A stretch of 63,534 nucleotides of DNA, filler included, from Octopus bimaculoides (GCF_001194135.2; 7 parts of 6 records of this genome joined end to end with filler, not necessarily neighbours in it); one strand, 5' to 3'; shown: positions 50,065 to 62,239, counted from the whole stretch's first letter. The notes: a model not told the origin generated them from the sequence alone. A program made the numbers and translations.

Positions 50065-50390
50065 GGAAGGAAAGTGGCACTCCGTCGGTTACGACGACGA
50101 GTTTTCCAGATCAAGAAATGTTTTCCGGATGAAGAAAACAGCCTGTGTAAGTGGCTGAGCATTCCACAGATACGTGTATCCGTACAGTACTTCTCAGGGA
50201 GATTCAGCAGGACACAGAATATGACAAGGCTGGCTCCTTTCAAATACAGATAAAAATCACTTTCGGTAGCTAAGTGGACCGGAGCAATGTAATATAAAGC
50301 GTCTTGATCAAAGACACAAGGCGCTGCAAGGAATCGAACTTACGGCCAAACGACTGTCAACAGAATATTCTTACCACTTAGCCACGCACC
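50065..50390 (-). mobile_element. SINE family C, decayed
   Basis: TGGCACTCCGTCGGTTACGACGACGAG...GTGGCTGAGCATTCCACAG...GAATCGAAC...CCACTTAGCCACGCACC. Confidence 0.7.
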
Positions 50391-50429
50391 TTCAGGATAT
50401 ACATATAAATATATAATGATGGTTTTTTC

Positions 50430-51514
50430 TTGTCAAGTGTTAACTGTTTCATAATTACTATTTCATTCCAGTGGTTTCTGTCTTTTTACATCACCTTCAG
50501 CACTGAGGGCTTGCATATTCAATGTATTTTGAAGAGACCGAAACAGGTGAGAATCTGAAAGCGCAAGATCAGGTTAATACGGTGGGTGCAGCAAACCTTT
50601 CCAGACAATCTCCAGTAACTTCTGCCGCGTCTGCAAAGAAGTGTGCAGGTTTGATATTGTCGCTTTTACGATTACCGAGTACAGGACGAATCTGAGAGAT
50701 CACTGCGTTAATTTATCTTGCTGGTCACACTACACAATCGAATTGATGGTTCTGTTTGTGGGAGGTTGCTCGTAAACGACTATATTCTTCAAACCTCACC
50801 AACTTGAAAGCATAACCTTCATCGGGTGAAGTCCTGCTTTGAAGGTCGCTTGTAGTGGCTCACCGCACTTTCCGGATGATCGTTTGCCCTTAACATTGTT
50901 ATAGACGACCTATTTTTTCGTCTCCTATCACCATTTTCTGATCGTTACCTTCATGTTACTGAAACAAATTGTAGATGGAAATCCAAAGAGTGACGCTAGC
51001 TTCATTCAGTTGATATGGATCGAAACGTTTAGCCTGATGACGTAACCATTTTGATGCAGATGCTTTTGATTTGGATATTTGGAGAATATCTGCGATCATC
51101 CTGGTCATATGATAGGGTTTGGTATCGACTAACTCCCTCATTTTGTAGCTGTTAATCTCAGTTGGCTGGATAGAGCAAGGACCGAAGCATTTCCCGATCG
51201 AAATTCTGTAATCCACTCCTGGCACACACGTTCCATAAAAGCTTCCTCTGTGCGCACAACGCATATCTTCCTGCAGCTTTCCGCCCCTTTCTTGCCTTTC
51301 TGAAAACATTCTAAAAACATGAGGTATCGATAATGTTTGTTTTAGTTCTCCATTTCAGGATGATCCCACGCACACAAGATACAACCTGTCTCGTCGCAAG
51401 TTCGCATCGAACCACGTTGAAGTGTCAAGTATCTAACGAGTGCACATGTACTAGGGACAGTACTTGAAGTTCAATGTGTCGACAAAAATCGAACGAACTT
51501 TGTGACCAGCCAAA
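50430..51514 (-). mobile_element. mariner transposon, decayed
   Basis: TA|TTTGGCTGGTCACAAAGTTCGTTCG 5' TIR; FQKGKKGAESCRKIC, KAGLHPMKVML, HTSLQTRQKLLE, HPPY.PDLA.SDSHLFRSLQN. Confidence 0.88.
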
Positions 51515-51649
51515 TAAATGAAAAATATAAGGTGATGACCAATTCATACAAAACTGGATTATACTGACATACGCTAGTATAATGCGTATACCAATATCTA
51601 TACATCCTTAGATAAATATGCCTAAAAAGCAAGTGCAAGATGGTTACTC

Positions 51650-52077
51650 TATTACTCTTTTATTCTTTTACTTGTTTCAGTCATTTGACTGCGGCCACGC
51701 TGGAGCACCGCCTTTAGTCGAGAAAATCGACCCCAGGACTTATTCTTTGTAAGCCTAGTACTTATTCTATTGGTCTNNNNNNNNNNNNNNNNNNNNNNNN
51801 NNNNNNNNNNNNNNNNNNNNNNNNNNNNNNNNNNNNNNNNNNNNNNNNNNNNNNNNNNNNNNNNNNNNNNNNNNNNNNNNNNNNNNNNNATATATATATA
51901 TATATATATATATATACGACGGGCTTCTTTCAGTTTCCGTCTACCAAATCCACTCACAAGGCTTTGGTTGACCCGAGGCTATAGCAGAAGACACTTGCCC
52001 AAGGTGTCACGCAGTGGGACTGAACCCGGAACCATGTGGTTGGTAAGCAAGCTACTTACCACACAGCCACTCCTGCG
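51650..52077 (-). mobile_element. SINE family A spanning a gap
   Basis: 3' module at 51650-51776 and 5' module at 51915-52077. Confidence 0.88.
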
Positions 52078-52664
52078 TAACTTTCTGTCATAGGTTTTAT
52101 AACAGTAGACCAATTCGTAAGTCGCATAGCAAAACCAAGATATGTTGTAAAAGTTGCTCTCTCTATACACCATACGTAAATATTCATGACTTGGTGTTTT
52201 TAATTTGATTTCAAACATTTGTCTTTATAAAGCAATACGGAAAATATCTCTGTATGATAATACACGTGCGTGTGTAGAGAGAGATAGACAAACAGACAGA
52301 CTGACAGATGGACGGATGGACGGACAGATGGAGAGAAAAAAAAGAAAATAATGTTACAGTTGTCTATATATTCATTCATATGTCGGGTGTGGCTCCTTTG
52401 GTGTAGAAATAAGATAAAGTGATTGAAACAACTGTACCTTTTTATGTAAAATGTGATATATCTTGTAAAATACACATGGTTGCGAAAGCAGTCTATTGTC
52501 CACTGTTGGTTAAAATAAGTTATAGTTGAGACATTTATTTGAGAGGAAAAGTAAAACAAATATCTTTTGTTACTTCTTTATCAAATAACTGCGCTAGACT
52601 TGTGTCAATTTGATGTGGCTCGAATTTTACTAAAAAGAAAAAGAAAAAATAATAATAATGATTT

Positions 52665-53075
52665 CAAATTTTAGGTTCAAGGCCAGTGAGTTTGGGTGAA
52701 CGGCTAAGTCGATTACATCGACTCCAGTACTCCACTGGTACTTATTTCATCGACCCCGAAAGGATGAAAGGCGGAGTTGGCCCGGCGGCATTCGAACACG
52801 AGCATTAAGACAGACGAAATGCCGCTAAAAATTTTAGCCCGGCGCTCTAACGTTTCTCATTTCTTTATTGCCCACAAGGGGCTAAACATAGAGGGGACAA
52901 ACAAGAACAGACAAAGGGATTAAGTCGATTACATCGACCCCAGTGCGTAACTGGTACTTAATTTATCGACCCCGAAAGGATGAAAGGCAAAGTCAACCTC
53001 GGTGGAATTTGAACTCAGAATGTAACGGCAGACGAAATACCGCTAAGCGTTTCGCCCGGCATGCTAACGTTTCTG
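52665..53075 (-). mobile_element. Two adjacent SINE family B copies
   Basis: Two CORE-type blocks, at 52665-52856 and 52857-53075. Confidence 0.88.
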
Positions 53076-53404
53076 CTTTGTGATCGGCAGTCAGTTCAGC
53101 CTCTGTACGTTTGTGCATCGAGCAGTAGTTCCCACCCGGTGCTTCCGATCAGATGCGTACTCTATGTTTTCACAAAGCCAAATGATCGCGTTTTCGTCTG
53201 TCTTCATGCACAAGTCGGCACCTTATAGTTCGTAGTCTTCCTCGTCTTCTCTTTCTTCGAATTAGTGTTCATCTCAATGCTATTCCTGCATACCGTTAAT
53301 CGAGCTGCCGCAAAAGCATGACCGGTCACTTGCATTCTCCGTTCATGCACGGAAAATAGTTTCAGTACACGAAGAATTTATTTGGTATGAAATTTACATT
53401 TTTA

Positions 53405-53688
53405 ATTTTTTTTTTTTATCTTTTACTTGTTTCAGTCATTAAATGGAAGCCATGCTAGGGCACCACTTTGAAGAATTTTAGTCGAACTTATCGACTCCAG
53501 CACATTTTTCTTTTTAAGCATGCAACTTACTTTATCAGTCTCTTTTGCGGGGCTGCTATGTTACGAGGATGTAAACACACTAACACTGGTTGTCAAGCTG
53601 TGGTGGGACACTCACGCGCGCGCGCGCACACGCACACACATATATATATACATACTTACATACATATACATATATATATGTACATATA

Positions 53689-53725
<37 letters not shown>

Positions 53726-53945
53726 NNNNNNNNNNTCTATCTATCTATCTATCTATCTATCTATATATATATATATATATATATATCTCAATGATAATAT
53801 GATAATAAGGATTGTTACGAAGTAACATCGCATTAACGCAAATCTACACACAAGGTTTTTGGTCTGTCCGAGACTATAACAGAAAATAATTGTCCAATTT
53901 GGAAACATGAGGCTGGGAAACAAACTTCTTACCACTCAGCCACGT
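53405..53945 (-). mobile_element. SINE family A, old copy with an expanded internal microsatellite
   Basis: 3' module at 53405-53610, about 200 nt of (TA)/(CTAT) repeats, 5' module at 53815-53945. Confidence 0.7.
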
Positions 53946-54226
53946 TTATCTTCATTCATTTTTATTGTTCATGTCCACTCTTATTTCTGTTAACAAATAT
54001 GCACATATATATATACGTACATTTGTATAAACTTATTCCACTTCTTAATAAATTTTCAACTTTATCACTTAAAAAAGATACTTGTCTTATTTACTTATGT
54101 CAAATGTTTTGACTACTGTCAAATAGACATGTAGTCTATAGACATATAGTTTTGAGTATATTTATTATATTTACCTATATTTTTCTCTTAATTTATTCTT
54201 TCTTTTTTTTTCTTTTTGCTTACTAG

Positions 54227-55964
54227 GATGATTTGGCTGTTGGAGTTAAGACTGTTTCTAAGAGTGATGGACTACAGCAACCGTTGACCTATTTCGATGA
54301 AACTTCACCATCTAGTTTAGAAACGGTTGACGGCGGCTATCCAACAAGATCTTACAAGCAGACAGCTCCATCTCCGAAGAGAGTAAGAATCGCACCGACG
54401 ATGCAAGTGAACGACGGGCACGGTAAAGAACGCACCGTACCCACAATTGTGGTACCTCAAGACGGAAAAGATAAATTTGCTTCAGGTTCGACTTCAGGTT
54501 CGGTTTCTAGTGCTGGTGCTGGCGGTGGTGTTGGTGGTGCTGGTGGTGCTGGTGCTGGTGCTGGTGCTGGTACCGGAGCTGGTTCGACAGCCATGTCAAC
54601 AGGCTATCAGCATTACCATTATCAACCAACACAAATCAAGGGCCATCCTAAATCTTCTCCAAAAGAAGAACATGTCGGCCGAGCAGTTAGCTCTGACTAC
54701 GAGCCAGTCCAGAATCTTCCAGAAGCCACTGCTACGGGTGGCATGAGTACCGGTGGTGGTGTTATGGCGGGTGGTGAAAGTGGTGCCAGTATTAGGAGCG
54801 CAAGTAGTAGTGCTGGCGTCGCTACTGCGGGAGGAAGTGGTGTGGCTGTGGCCGCAGGTGGCGGTGGCACCAGTGTTAGCAGTAGTAGTGGTGGTGTTGG
54901 TGATGGTGGAGTATTTATTAGCGGTGGTGGCGGTGGTATAGCTGTTAGTGGAGAAGGATCAGAAGTATCATCAACGCTTCAATCGCAGCAGCAACATCAT
55001 TATCAACAACAGCAGCAACAACAACAACAACAACAGCAACAGCAGCAGTACTCGACCCAAAGCAGTTTCTCGTCTTCCTCTGCTGGTCAAGGTTCCGCTG
55101 ATCAGTCGATGCACAGACAGTTCCAGGCACCTTCTTCTCATGTGCCAGCCAGTGGATATGCTACAGCTCCTCGTTCGCTCCACCAGTATCACCCGAGCGA
55201 GCCGATAGCCGGCGGTAATTTGACCTCGTCTTCTGGCGCCGTCAGCAGCAATAAGTACGCGACTACCTCGAGACACCACACCACTGATTCGTCTTTGGCT
55301 CGGAATCAGCAATACCAACAGCTGTTGCAGCAGCAGCAGCAGCAGCAGCAAGAGCAACAGCAACAACTGCAGCAACAGCAACAACAACAATTTCAACAAC
55401 GCCAGCAAGAACTGGTGCAAAAACAGCAACAGCAGTCGCAGCAGAAACACCAGCAATTTCAGCAGCAAATGCAGCTGCAACAGCAGCAACTGGAGCAACA
55501 ACTTCGTCAGCAAAAACAACAACAGCAGCAACAAATGTTACTCCAACAACAGCAGCAGCAAGAACTGATGTTGCAACAGCAGCAAAAACAGCAACAGTTG
55601 CAACAATCGCAACAATTTCGATCGGCCATTGACGAATCGATGCGCTCGACTCCCACCCCTACTTTAGAGCGAACCCCTTTGCTTCAAGGTCAAGGTCAAC
55701 TGGGCGGCGTTTCACCGATTCAGAAACCGACCGGTTACAACGTAACGTCATCGACCGTCGTGCGTTCGACGACCTCCAGCCAGCACGAAGACGACGATTA
55801 CGACGAAGCCGATGGCATTTCTACGATGGGTACCTACCCGAGGCGTCAGTGGCTGCAGGACATGGACAACCCACCTGAACCGGCACCACTCCAGTATCCG
55901 TCGGCCAAGCGGCCCATGACTTTTCAACCAACTAGTTCTTCGAAGGTTAGCATTTACGACAATG
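54227..55964 (+). CDS. Large internal coding exon (>=579 codons), Gly/Ser/Ala- and polyQ-rich; 3' end lost in a gap; possible DLC/STARD13-type RhoGAP linker
   Basis: Long polypyrimidine tract + TAG acceptor at 54224-54226; phase-0 frame open for 1738 nt in an AT-rich context; non-repetitive peptide at both ends; GTYPR at 55829-55843 and SIYDN+G at 55949-55964. Confidence 0.88.
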
Positions 55965-56174
55965 NNNNNNNNNNNNNNNNNNNNNNNNNNNNNNNNNNNN
56001 NNNNNNNNNNNNNNNNNNNNNNNNNNNNNNNNNNNNNNNNNNNNNNNNNNNNNNNNNNNNNNNNNNNNNNNNNNNNNNNNNNNNNNNNNNNNNNNNNNNN
56101 NNNNNNNNNNNNNNNNNNNNNNNNNNNNNNNNNNNNNNNNNNNNNNNNNNNNNNNNNNNNNNNNNNNNNNNNNN

Positions 56175-56420
56175 GGTGGTGTTTTTGGTGGTGGTGGTGG
56201 TGGTGGTGGTGGTAAGAGTGGCAGTAATAATATTGGCGGTGGTGTTGATGGCGACGATAGTAGTTATAGCGATTGTCTACGTAGTGGTGATGGTAATGGA
56301 GGCACTGATGGTGGTGATGACGATGACGATGGCGATGGTGAAGGTGATGGTTAAGGTGATGGTCTATGCAGTAGTGGTGTTAGTGGTGAAAAAGGGACGA
56401 TTGTGGTTGTAGTAGTAGTA
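56175..56420. repeat. (GGT)/(GAT)-rich low-complexity tract
   Basis: Seen directly; coding status not supported. Confidence 0.75.
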
Positions 56421-57681
56421 CTATCAACTGTAGTGGTGGGGAAGGATGGGAGCAGTCGGATGGTAGTGACGGCGTCGATTTCGATATTGTGTGGTGGGAC
56501 TGAGGCAGAAATAGAGTTAGATAATGGATTTGTAGTGTTAAATATGAGTGGTAAGAATAGTAGAAGCGGTAGCGGATTTTGCAACGGATAAAGGTTAATA
56601 GAGGACGGCAGCACTGTCAAAAATGCTGGTGGGGTAGAATGGAGGTACTATTATTGGCAGATGGGGGTGGACCATTCCGGTTTCAAGACATGCTTTATTA
56701 ATTAGGTATAAATGATAAAATAAAATAAAAATGTTCATTTATTATGAAACGGTTTCAATCCAACATGGTGGAAGCTGATATCCATATGATGGTGATGCCG
56801 GCGACATGTCGAATTTAACTGATAATCCAAACAAGCGAACGGGTTCAATTACAAGAGGAACAGAAATATTTATTGGACCTCAATTTAAGACAAAAGAGAA
56901 ATAAAATGTTTTACCAAGGGACATAAGATGAAAGGATTAACAGTAAATTTTACCTGATGGCACAAAACAAACTTTTAAAAAAAATATGTGAAGATATCTG
57001 TTTTAATCATTTGGCCATCTCAACTACATCATTATGTAACACATAAAGATATACTCCTTGCAAAAGAACCGAGGCGTTCACAGTTGGAATACCTCTTGAT
57101 CATGGATCTTTTAGTTCTGGTTTCAATTAGAGGTAAAGAAGACCAGCAGTGAGTGGCCCCATGGTGATACACAACCTCATGGGAAAAGTAGTACATACTC
57201 AAATTTACGCACTGCTACCATCTTTTGCAAAATGAAAGTGACGGTTTGGGACTTGTCTTTCATAGCAAAAAAATGTTAGATAAGCCGAAAGGAGACACAC
57301 TTAATTATATATTTAAAACAATAAGCAAAAACAGAGAGAAACAAAACAATTTGTTGGGCAGTTATAGTATAAAACAAAAGATCAAAATGGACTCCCCCAC
57401 ACACATTCATGTGAACAATATTAAACGAGAGAGAGGAAAGAATAATTAAGCATGACAGAAGAATTGGAGTGGAAAAGCATGAGCGAAAACGAAAAAGTGG
57501 ATCATACGAAAGAGGAAGAGAAATATATAATAAAAGAATGTTTAAATTAATGTTGTGTTTACAGTATATTGTCTGAATGGTATGTTATACTGCAGAATAT
57601 ATCTATATATTTTGAGCTAACAACGCTACGTTATGTAAACACAGATGCATTTGGTTACATATGTATATACATACACATGTC

Positions 57682-57726
<45 letters not shown>

Positions 57727-57728
<2 letters not shown>

Positions 57729-57904
57729 TAGACAAAATGAGATAACAAAGCCAAGGTTGTGAGGAGTTTTCAGGACATTTATAAAGAAAAAGATATAGAT
57801 ATAGTCTTATATCTGTTTCTGTAAGATTATATCTATATCTTTTTCCTTATAAATGTCCTGAAAATTCGTCACAACCTTGGCTTTGTTATCTCAATTTGTC
57901 TAAT
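57727..57904. mobile_element. Foldback element embedded in (TA)n
   Basis: About 83-bp arms with about 5 mismatches; 12-nt loop TATCTGTTTCTG; arms resemble 9745-9815. Confidence 0.85.
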
Positions 57905-58038
57905 ATATATATATANNNNNNNNNNNNNNNNNNNNNNNNNNNNNNNNNNNNNNNNNNNNTTAATTAATTAANNNNNNNNNNNNNNNNNNNNNNNNNNNNN
58001 NNNNNNNNNNNNNNNTCTCTCTCTCTCTCTCTCTCTAA

Positions 58039-58690
58039 GGCGGCGAGCTGGCAGAATCGTTAGCACGCTGGATGAAATGCTAAATGGTATTTCGCCCATC
58101 GCCCATGTTCTGAGTTCAAATTCCGCCGAGGTTGACTTTGCCTTCCATCCTTTCGGGGTTGATAAATTAAGTACCAGTGACTGGCACCCATGCCAATATC
58201 GTCTCCTTCATTGGACACTAAACTCGGCTTGTGAAGACCTGTTGGGGCAAGCGAAATCATGATGGCACCTGTGCCCAGCGTCGCCTTCCTGGCACTTGTG
58301 CCGGGGGCACGTGTAAAGACATTCAAGCGAGATCATTGCCAGTGCCGCTGGACTGGCTCTTGTGCAGGTGGCACGTAAAATACACCATTTGGAGCGTGGC
58401 TGTTGCCAGTACCTCCTGACTAGCCTTCGTGCCAGTGGCACGTAAAAGCACCCACTACACTCTCTGAGTGGTTGGTGTTAGGAAGGGCATCCAGCTGTAG
58501 AAACTCTGCCAGATCAGATTGGAGCCTGGTGTAGCCATCTGGTTCACCAGTCCTCAGTCAAATCGTCCAACCCATGCTAGCATGGGAAGCAGACGTTAAA
58601 CGATGATGATGAAACTCTGGGGTCGATGTAATCGACTAGTCCCCTCCCACAAAACCTCAGGCCTTGTTCCTATAACAGAAAGGACTATTT
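58039..58690 (+). mobile_element. SINE family B interrupted by an RTE 3' fragment (about 58179-58611)
   Basis: SINE head to AAGTACCAGT, then the RTE UTR/tail ending (GAT)n, then the SINE resumes at CTGGGGTCGATGTAATCGAC. Confidence 0.85.
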
Positions 58691-58839
58691 ACTCCCTCTC
58701 ACTCGTGTAATTTTTACACACATACAAACATACTCATGGAAAAGGTAAACCCAGGAAGAGATTCTATGTTTTTTCTAGGTTTACCAGCAGAATTTTTTAT
58801 GCTGCTCCTCTTGCTGAAGAGGATTGGCCTGCAAGACCC

Positions 58840-59015
58840 AGTGCTGGGGCCACATGAAAGCATTCATGCTGGCACCATGTAAATAGCCACCAGTGCATCC
58901 AGCTGTAGAAACCCAGCCGAATCAGACTGGAACCTGGTGCAGCCCTCCTGCTTGCCAGCCCTGGTCAAACTGTCCAACCCATGCCAGCATGGAAAGCAGG
59001 CATTAAATGATGATG
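58840..59015 (+). mobile_element. RTE LINE 3' tail, decayed
   Basis: GCATCCAGCTGTAGAAACC...CCAACCCATGCCAGCATGGAAAG...TTAAATGATGATG. Confidence 0.8.
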
Positions 59016-59104
59016 ACTATACATACATATATACATGCATATATACACATACACCCACACATATATACACATACACCCACATACACACTACACACATAAT
59101 ACAT

Positions 59105-59320
59105 TCTATGTGCACAGGCATGGCTGTATGGTCAAAAATCTGCTTGACAAACAGTGTTATGTTTTCATCCCCATAGCTTAGCAGTTCAGCAAAAGAAACT
59201 AACATATTACCAGGCTTAAAAAGAGAAGAAAGAAAGTACTGGGGGTCAATTGATTTCATTAATAATTCTTTAAGGCCCCAGCATGGCCGCAGTCTAATGA
59301 CTGAAACAGGTAAAAGATAT
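59105..59320 (+). mobile_element. SINE family A, internally deleted and decayed
   Basis: GCACAGGCATGGCTGTATGG head; CTTAGCAGTTCAGCAAAAG; CAGCATGGCCGCAGTCTAATGACTGAAAC. Confidence 0.7.
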
Positions 59321-59562
59321 AAAAGAGATAATCACATTGTTGAAATCTCAAACTTACAAGATAATGCAAGATTAATTCAAAACAATGTGAATAAATAAGC
59401 ATTGCATTTTAACAGGGTAATCTCAATGCTAAGGGGCTACTGATGACGGTGATGTAAAGGAGAATTAACTGATGTAAGAGTACTCAATACTGTGAAAAGA
59501 AGAGTGGAATAACAAATGCTGAACAGTTGTAAGCTTATATCAAGATCACATCCCTTTATACT

Positions 59563-59602
59563 TTCGACTGATGAGGTCATAATAAGTCCGAAACATCTCC
59601 AG
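59563..59602 (+). ncRNA. Degenerate minimal hammerhead motif
   Basis: TTCGA-CTGATGA-GGTC-ATAATAA-GTCC-GAAA-CATC-TCCAG; one mismatch each in stems I, II and III. Confidence 0.5.
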
Positions 59603-59617
59603 AGTTTTATGACCTGT

Positions 59618-59736
59618 CTGGAAATCTTTCATTACACATCCGTTGACCTCTTCAGTGACTCTCCATCCTATGTGTCTCCTGTTTTGTTCAGAGGGTCGCT
59701 GAAGAGGTTACAGGATGTGTGACAAAAGATCTCCAG
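59618..59736. repeat. Short imperfect foldback
   Basis: Arms 59618-59662 and 59690-59736, roughly 80% complementary; 27-nt loop. Confidence 0.75.
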
Positions 59737-59934
59737 AGTTACCTCCCATTTGAATGGTAATTTGGTCCTTGACTGTTTTTCTGTCTCACCTCCTAATAAA
59801 TTAATTCTAGTTAGATGTTGCTTTTTTTTTTTTAATACTTCCCTGTATTAAACATGTTAGCATGAACTTAATCTTTGCCTATGGGATAGGTCAAACTTGG
59901 TGACCCTGACTGAGTGATGAAGAGAGAAGGTCAG

Positions 59935-59984
<50 letters not shown>

Positions 59985-61222
59985 GTAGAGACAAACAGAC
60001 AGAAAGAAAGAATGAGAGGAGAATCAATACTGTTGTTTGGCGAACTAGAAAATGACAGTGTGAACTTGCAGAGCATGTAGCTTTAAGTATATCTGACTGA
60101 AAATGAATTCAATTATTAAAATGTCACAGCCACCACCACCATCACCACCACCATGATCAGCGTTATTGTTAACTGTAAGNNNNNNNNNNNNNNNNNNNNN
60201 NNNNNNNNNNNNNNNNNNNNNNNNNNNNNNNNNNNNNNNNNNNNNNNNNNNNNNNNNNNNNNNNNNNNNNNNNNNNNNNNNNNNNNNNNNNNNNNNNNNN
60301 NNNNNNNNNNNNNNNNNNNNNNNNNNNNNNNNNNNNNNNNNNNNNNNNNNNNNNNNNNNNNNNNNNNNNNNNNNNNNNNNNNNNNNNNNNNNNNNNNNNN
60401 NNNNNNNNNNNNNNNNNNNNNNNNNNNNNNNNNNNNNNNNNNNNNNNNNNNNNNNNNNNNNNNNNNNNNNNNNNNNNNNNNNNNNNNNNNNNNNNNNNNN
60501 NNNNNNNNNNNNNNNNNNNNNNNNNNNNNNNNNNNNNNNNNNNNNNNNNNNNNNNNNNNNNNNNNNNNNNNNNNNNNNNNNNNNNNNNNNNNNNNNNNNN
60601 NNNNNNNNNNNNNNNNNNNNNNNNNNNNNNNNNNNNNNNNNNNNNNNNNNNNNNNNNNNNNNNNNNNNNNNNNNNNNNNNNNNNNNNNNNNNNNTCCAGA
60701 GAGAAAACTAACAGGAACTACTTTAAAAAAAAAAGAAAAAAATACAAAGATGAATTTGTTGATGCAATCTATGTATTATGAATATGTGCGTGTGTGTGAT
60801 TAATCCATGGCTATAACTGAGTATATTTGAGTAATGAAGATATGGAATAACCATAGCGAATGAGCCGAGAGTTAAAAAGATTAACAAATGAGTGGATAAA
60901 TTGAAATAAAAAAATATATTATTTACTAACTAAGAAATAATTAAAAAAGAAAACGAAATTAAGAAGTAAAAAAAAAAAAGTTGAGTGAGATTTAAAAAAA
61001 AAAAAAATAAAAGAAAGGAAATGGAAGACTTAATTGGTAAAAATATGCATCAACTTACTTTTTTGGTTATTTTGAAAGTCTGTAAAAAGATACCAATTTT
61101 TTTAAAGATCTACAATTAAGAAGTTGGAACTAGAACAACTAAAAATTAGCTAAGTGTTCTAGAGAGAGAGAAACTACTTGAAAATACATTGACTACAGAA
61201 CTTTCAATGTATAGACAGACCA

Positions 61223-61253
<31 letters not shown>

Positions 61254-61350
61254 TATTATTATTGCTGTAAACTATCATCCACTACAAAGATAACAGCATA
61301 CAGCTGAGTGCTTTTTTTTTTCTTTTCTCTTTTATTCCTTCCACTTCTAG

Positions 61351-61453
61351 AGCTACGGCAGTACTAAACTTGTGTAGAGCCAGTCATTCGAAGCATGCTA
61401 AGACAGTTCAAAACATTCAGAAGAACTGTTTTAGTACCTGGAAGCGGTTTTAA
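61351..61453 (+). CDS. Candidate short exon (ATAVLNLCRASHSKHAKTVQNIQKNCFSTWKRF*)
   Basis: Very strong ~35-nt pyrimidine tract + TAG at 61348-61350; one frame open for 33 codons to TAA. Confidence 0.25.
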
Positions 61454-62089
61454 TATAAAGCAGGCAGAAGTTCACAGTTAAATAAGCATTTAAAAAGAAA
61501 AAAGATAAATACACGGAAAAGGAAGCAATAGATTAGAGACGATGGAATAATCTTTAAAACAAAAACAATCAAAACCTATGATCTTCCTTTGCAACTTTGA
61601 GCGATTAGTAAAGGAGAAATATTGAACAAGATCATCAACATCATTACCATTGTGTTTCAAGTGGTTAACAGAGTTAGTATTGTAAAGAGTTTCAGCTTAG
61701 TAGTAAACATCATCATGAGAAGAAGAGGATGGTGCTAGAAATCATTATATATCTCCTTTTGGTACGAAGAAGACAAAATTGCAATTTTGATACTGAAATA
61801 GTTTTCTGTTACTATCAGTGTTTCTCCTTCCTTTCTTTTTGTATTTGTTGTTGGATTGTTCATAAAGGTTCATAAGAGAAAGTAGGAGTTGAAAGGATTT
61901 GTATTAGAAAGAGGAAATTAGATTTTATTAGGGAGAAAATGTTTACTTCTGTAGTTTTATGGATTTTATTCATTATTAGGAATTATTTTGAGTGAAAAAA
62001 TGACGCAGTGACCTAACAAATTGTATTTAGAATATTAATTGTGATCCTTTAATCCAAGAAATTTGGAATTGTGTAAATGTATGAATTTT

Positions 62090-62198
<109 letters not shown>

Positions 62199-62239
62199 AT
62201 CTGCCTTTTATAGTAGATACATACACACACGGACAGTTC

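Noticed and set aside
50522-50696. Plus-strand ORF MYFEETETGENLKAQ... as a host exon
   Set aside because: Antisense of the mariner catalytic domain.
54971-55534. 187-aa poly-Leu minus-strand ORF
   Set aside because: Antisense shadow of the CAG/CAA-rich exon.
55965-56354. Extension of the 660-aa ORF through the gap into Trp/Gly runs
   Set aside because: The frame across Ns is meaningless and the post-gap sequence resembles intronic (GGT)n tracts.
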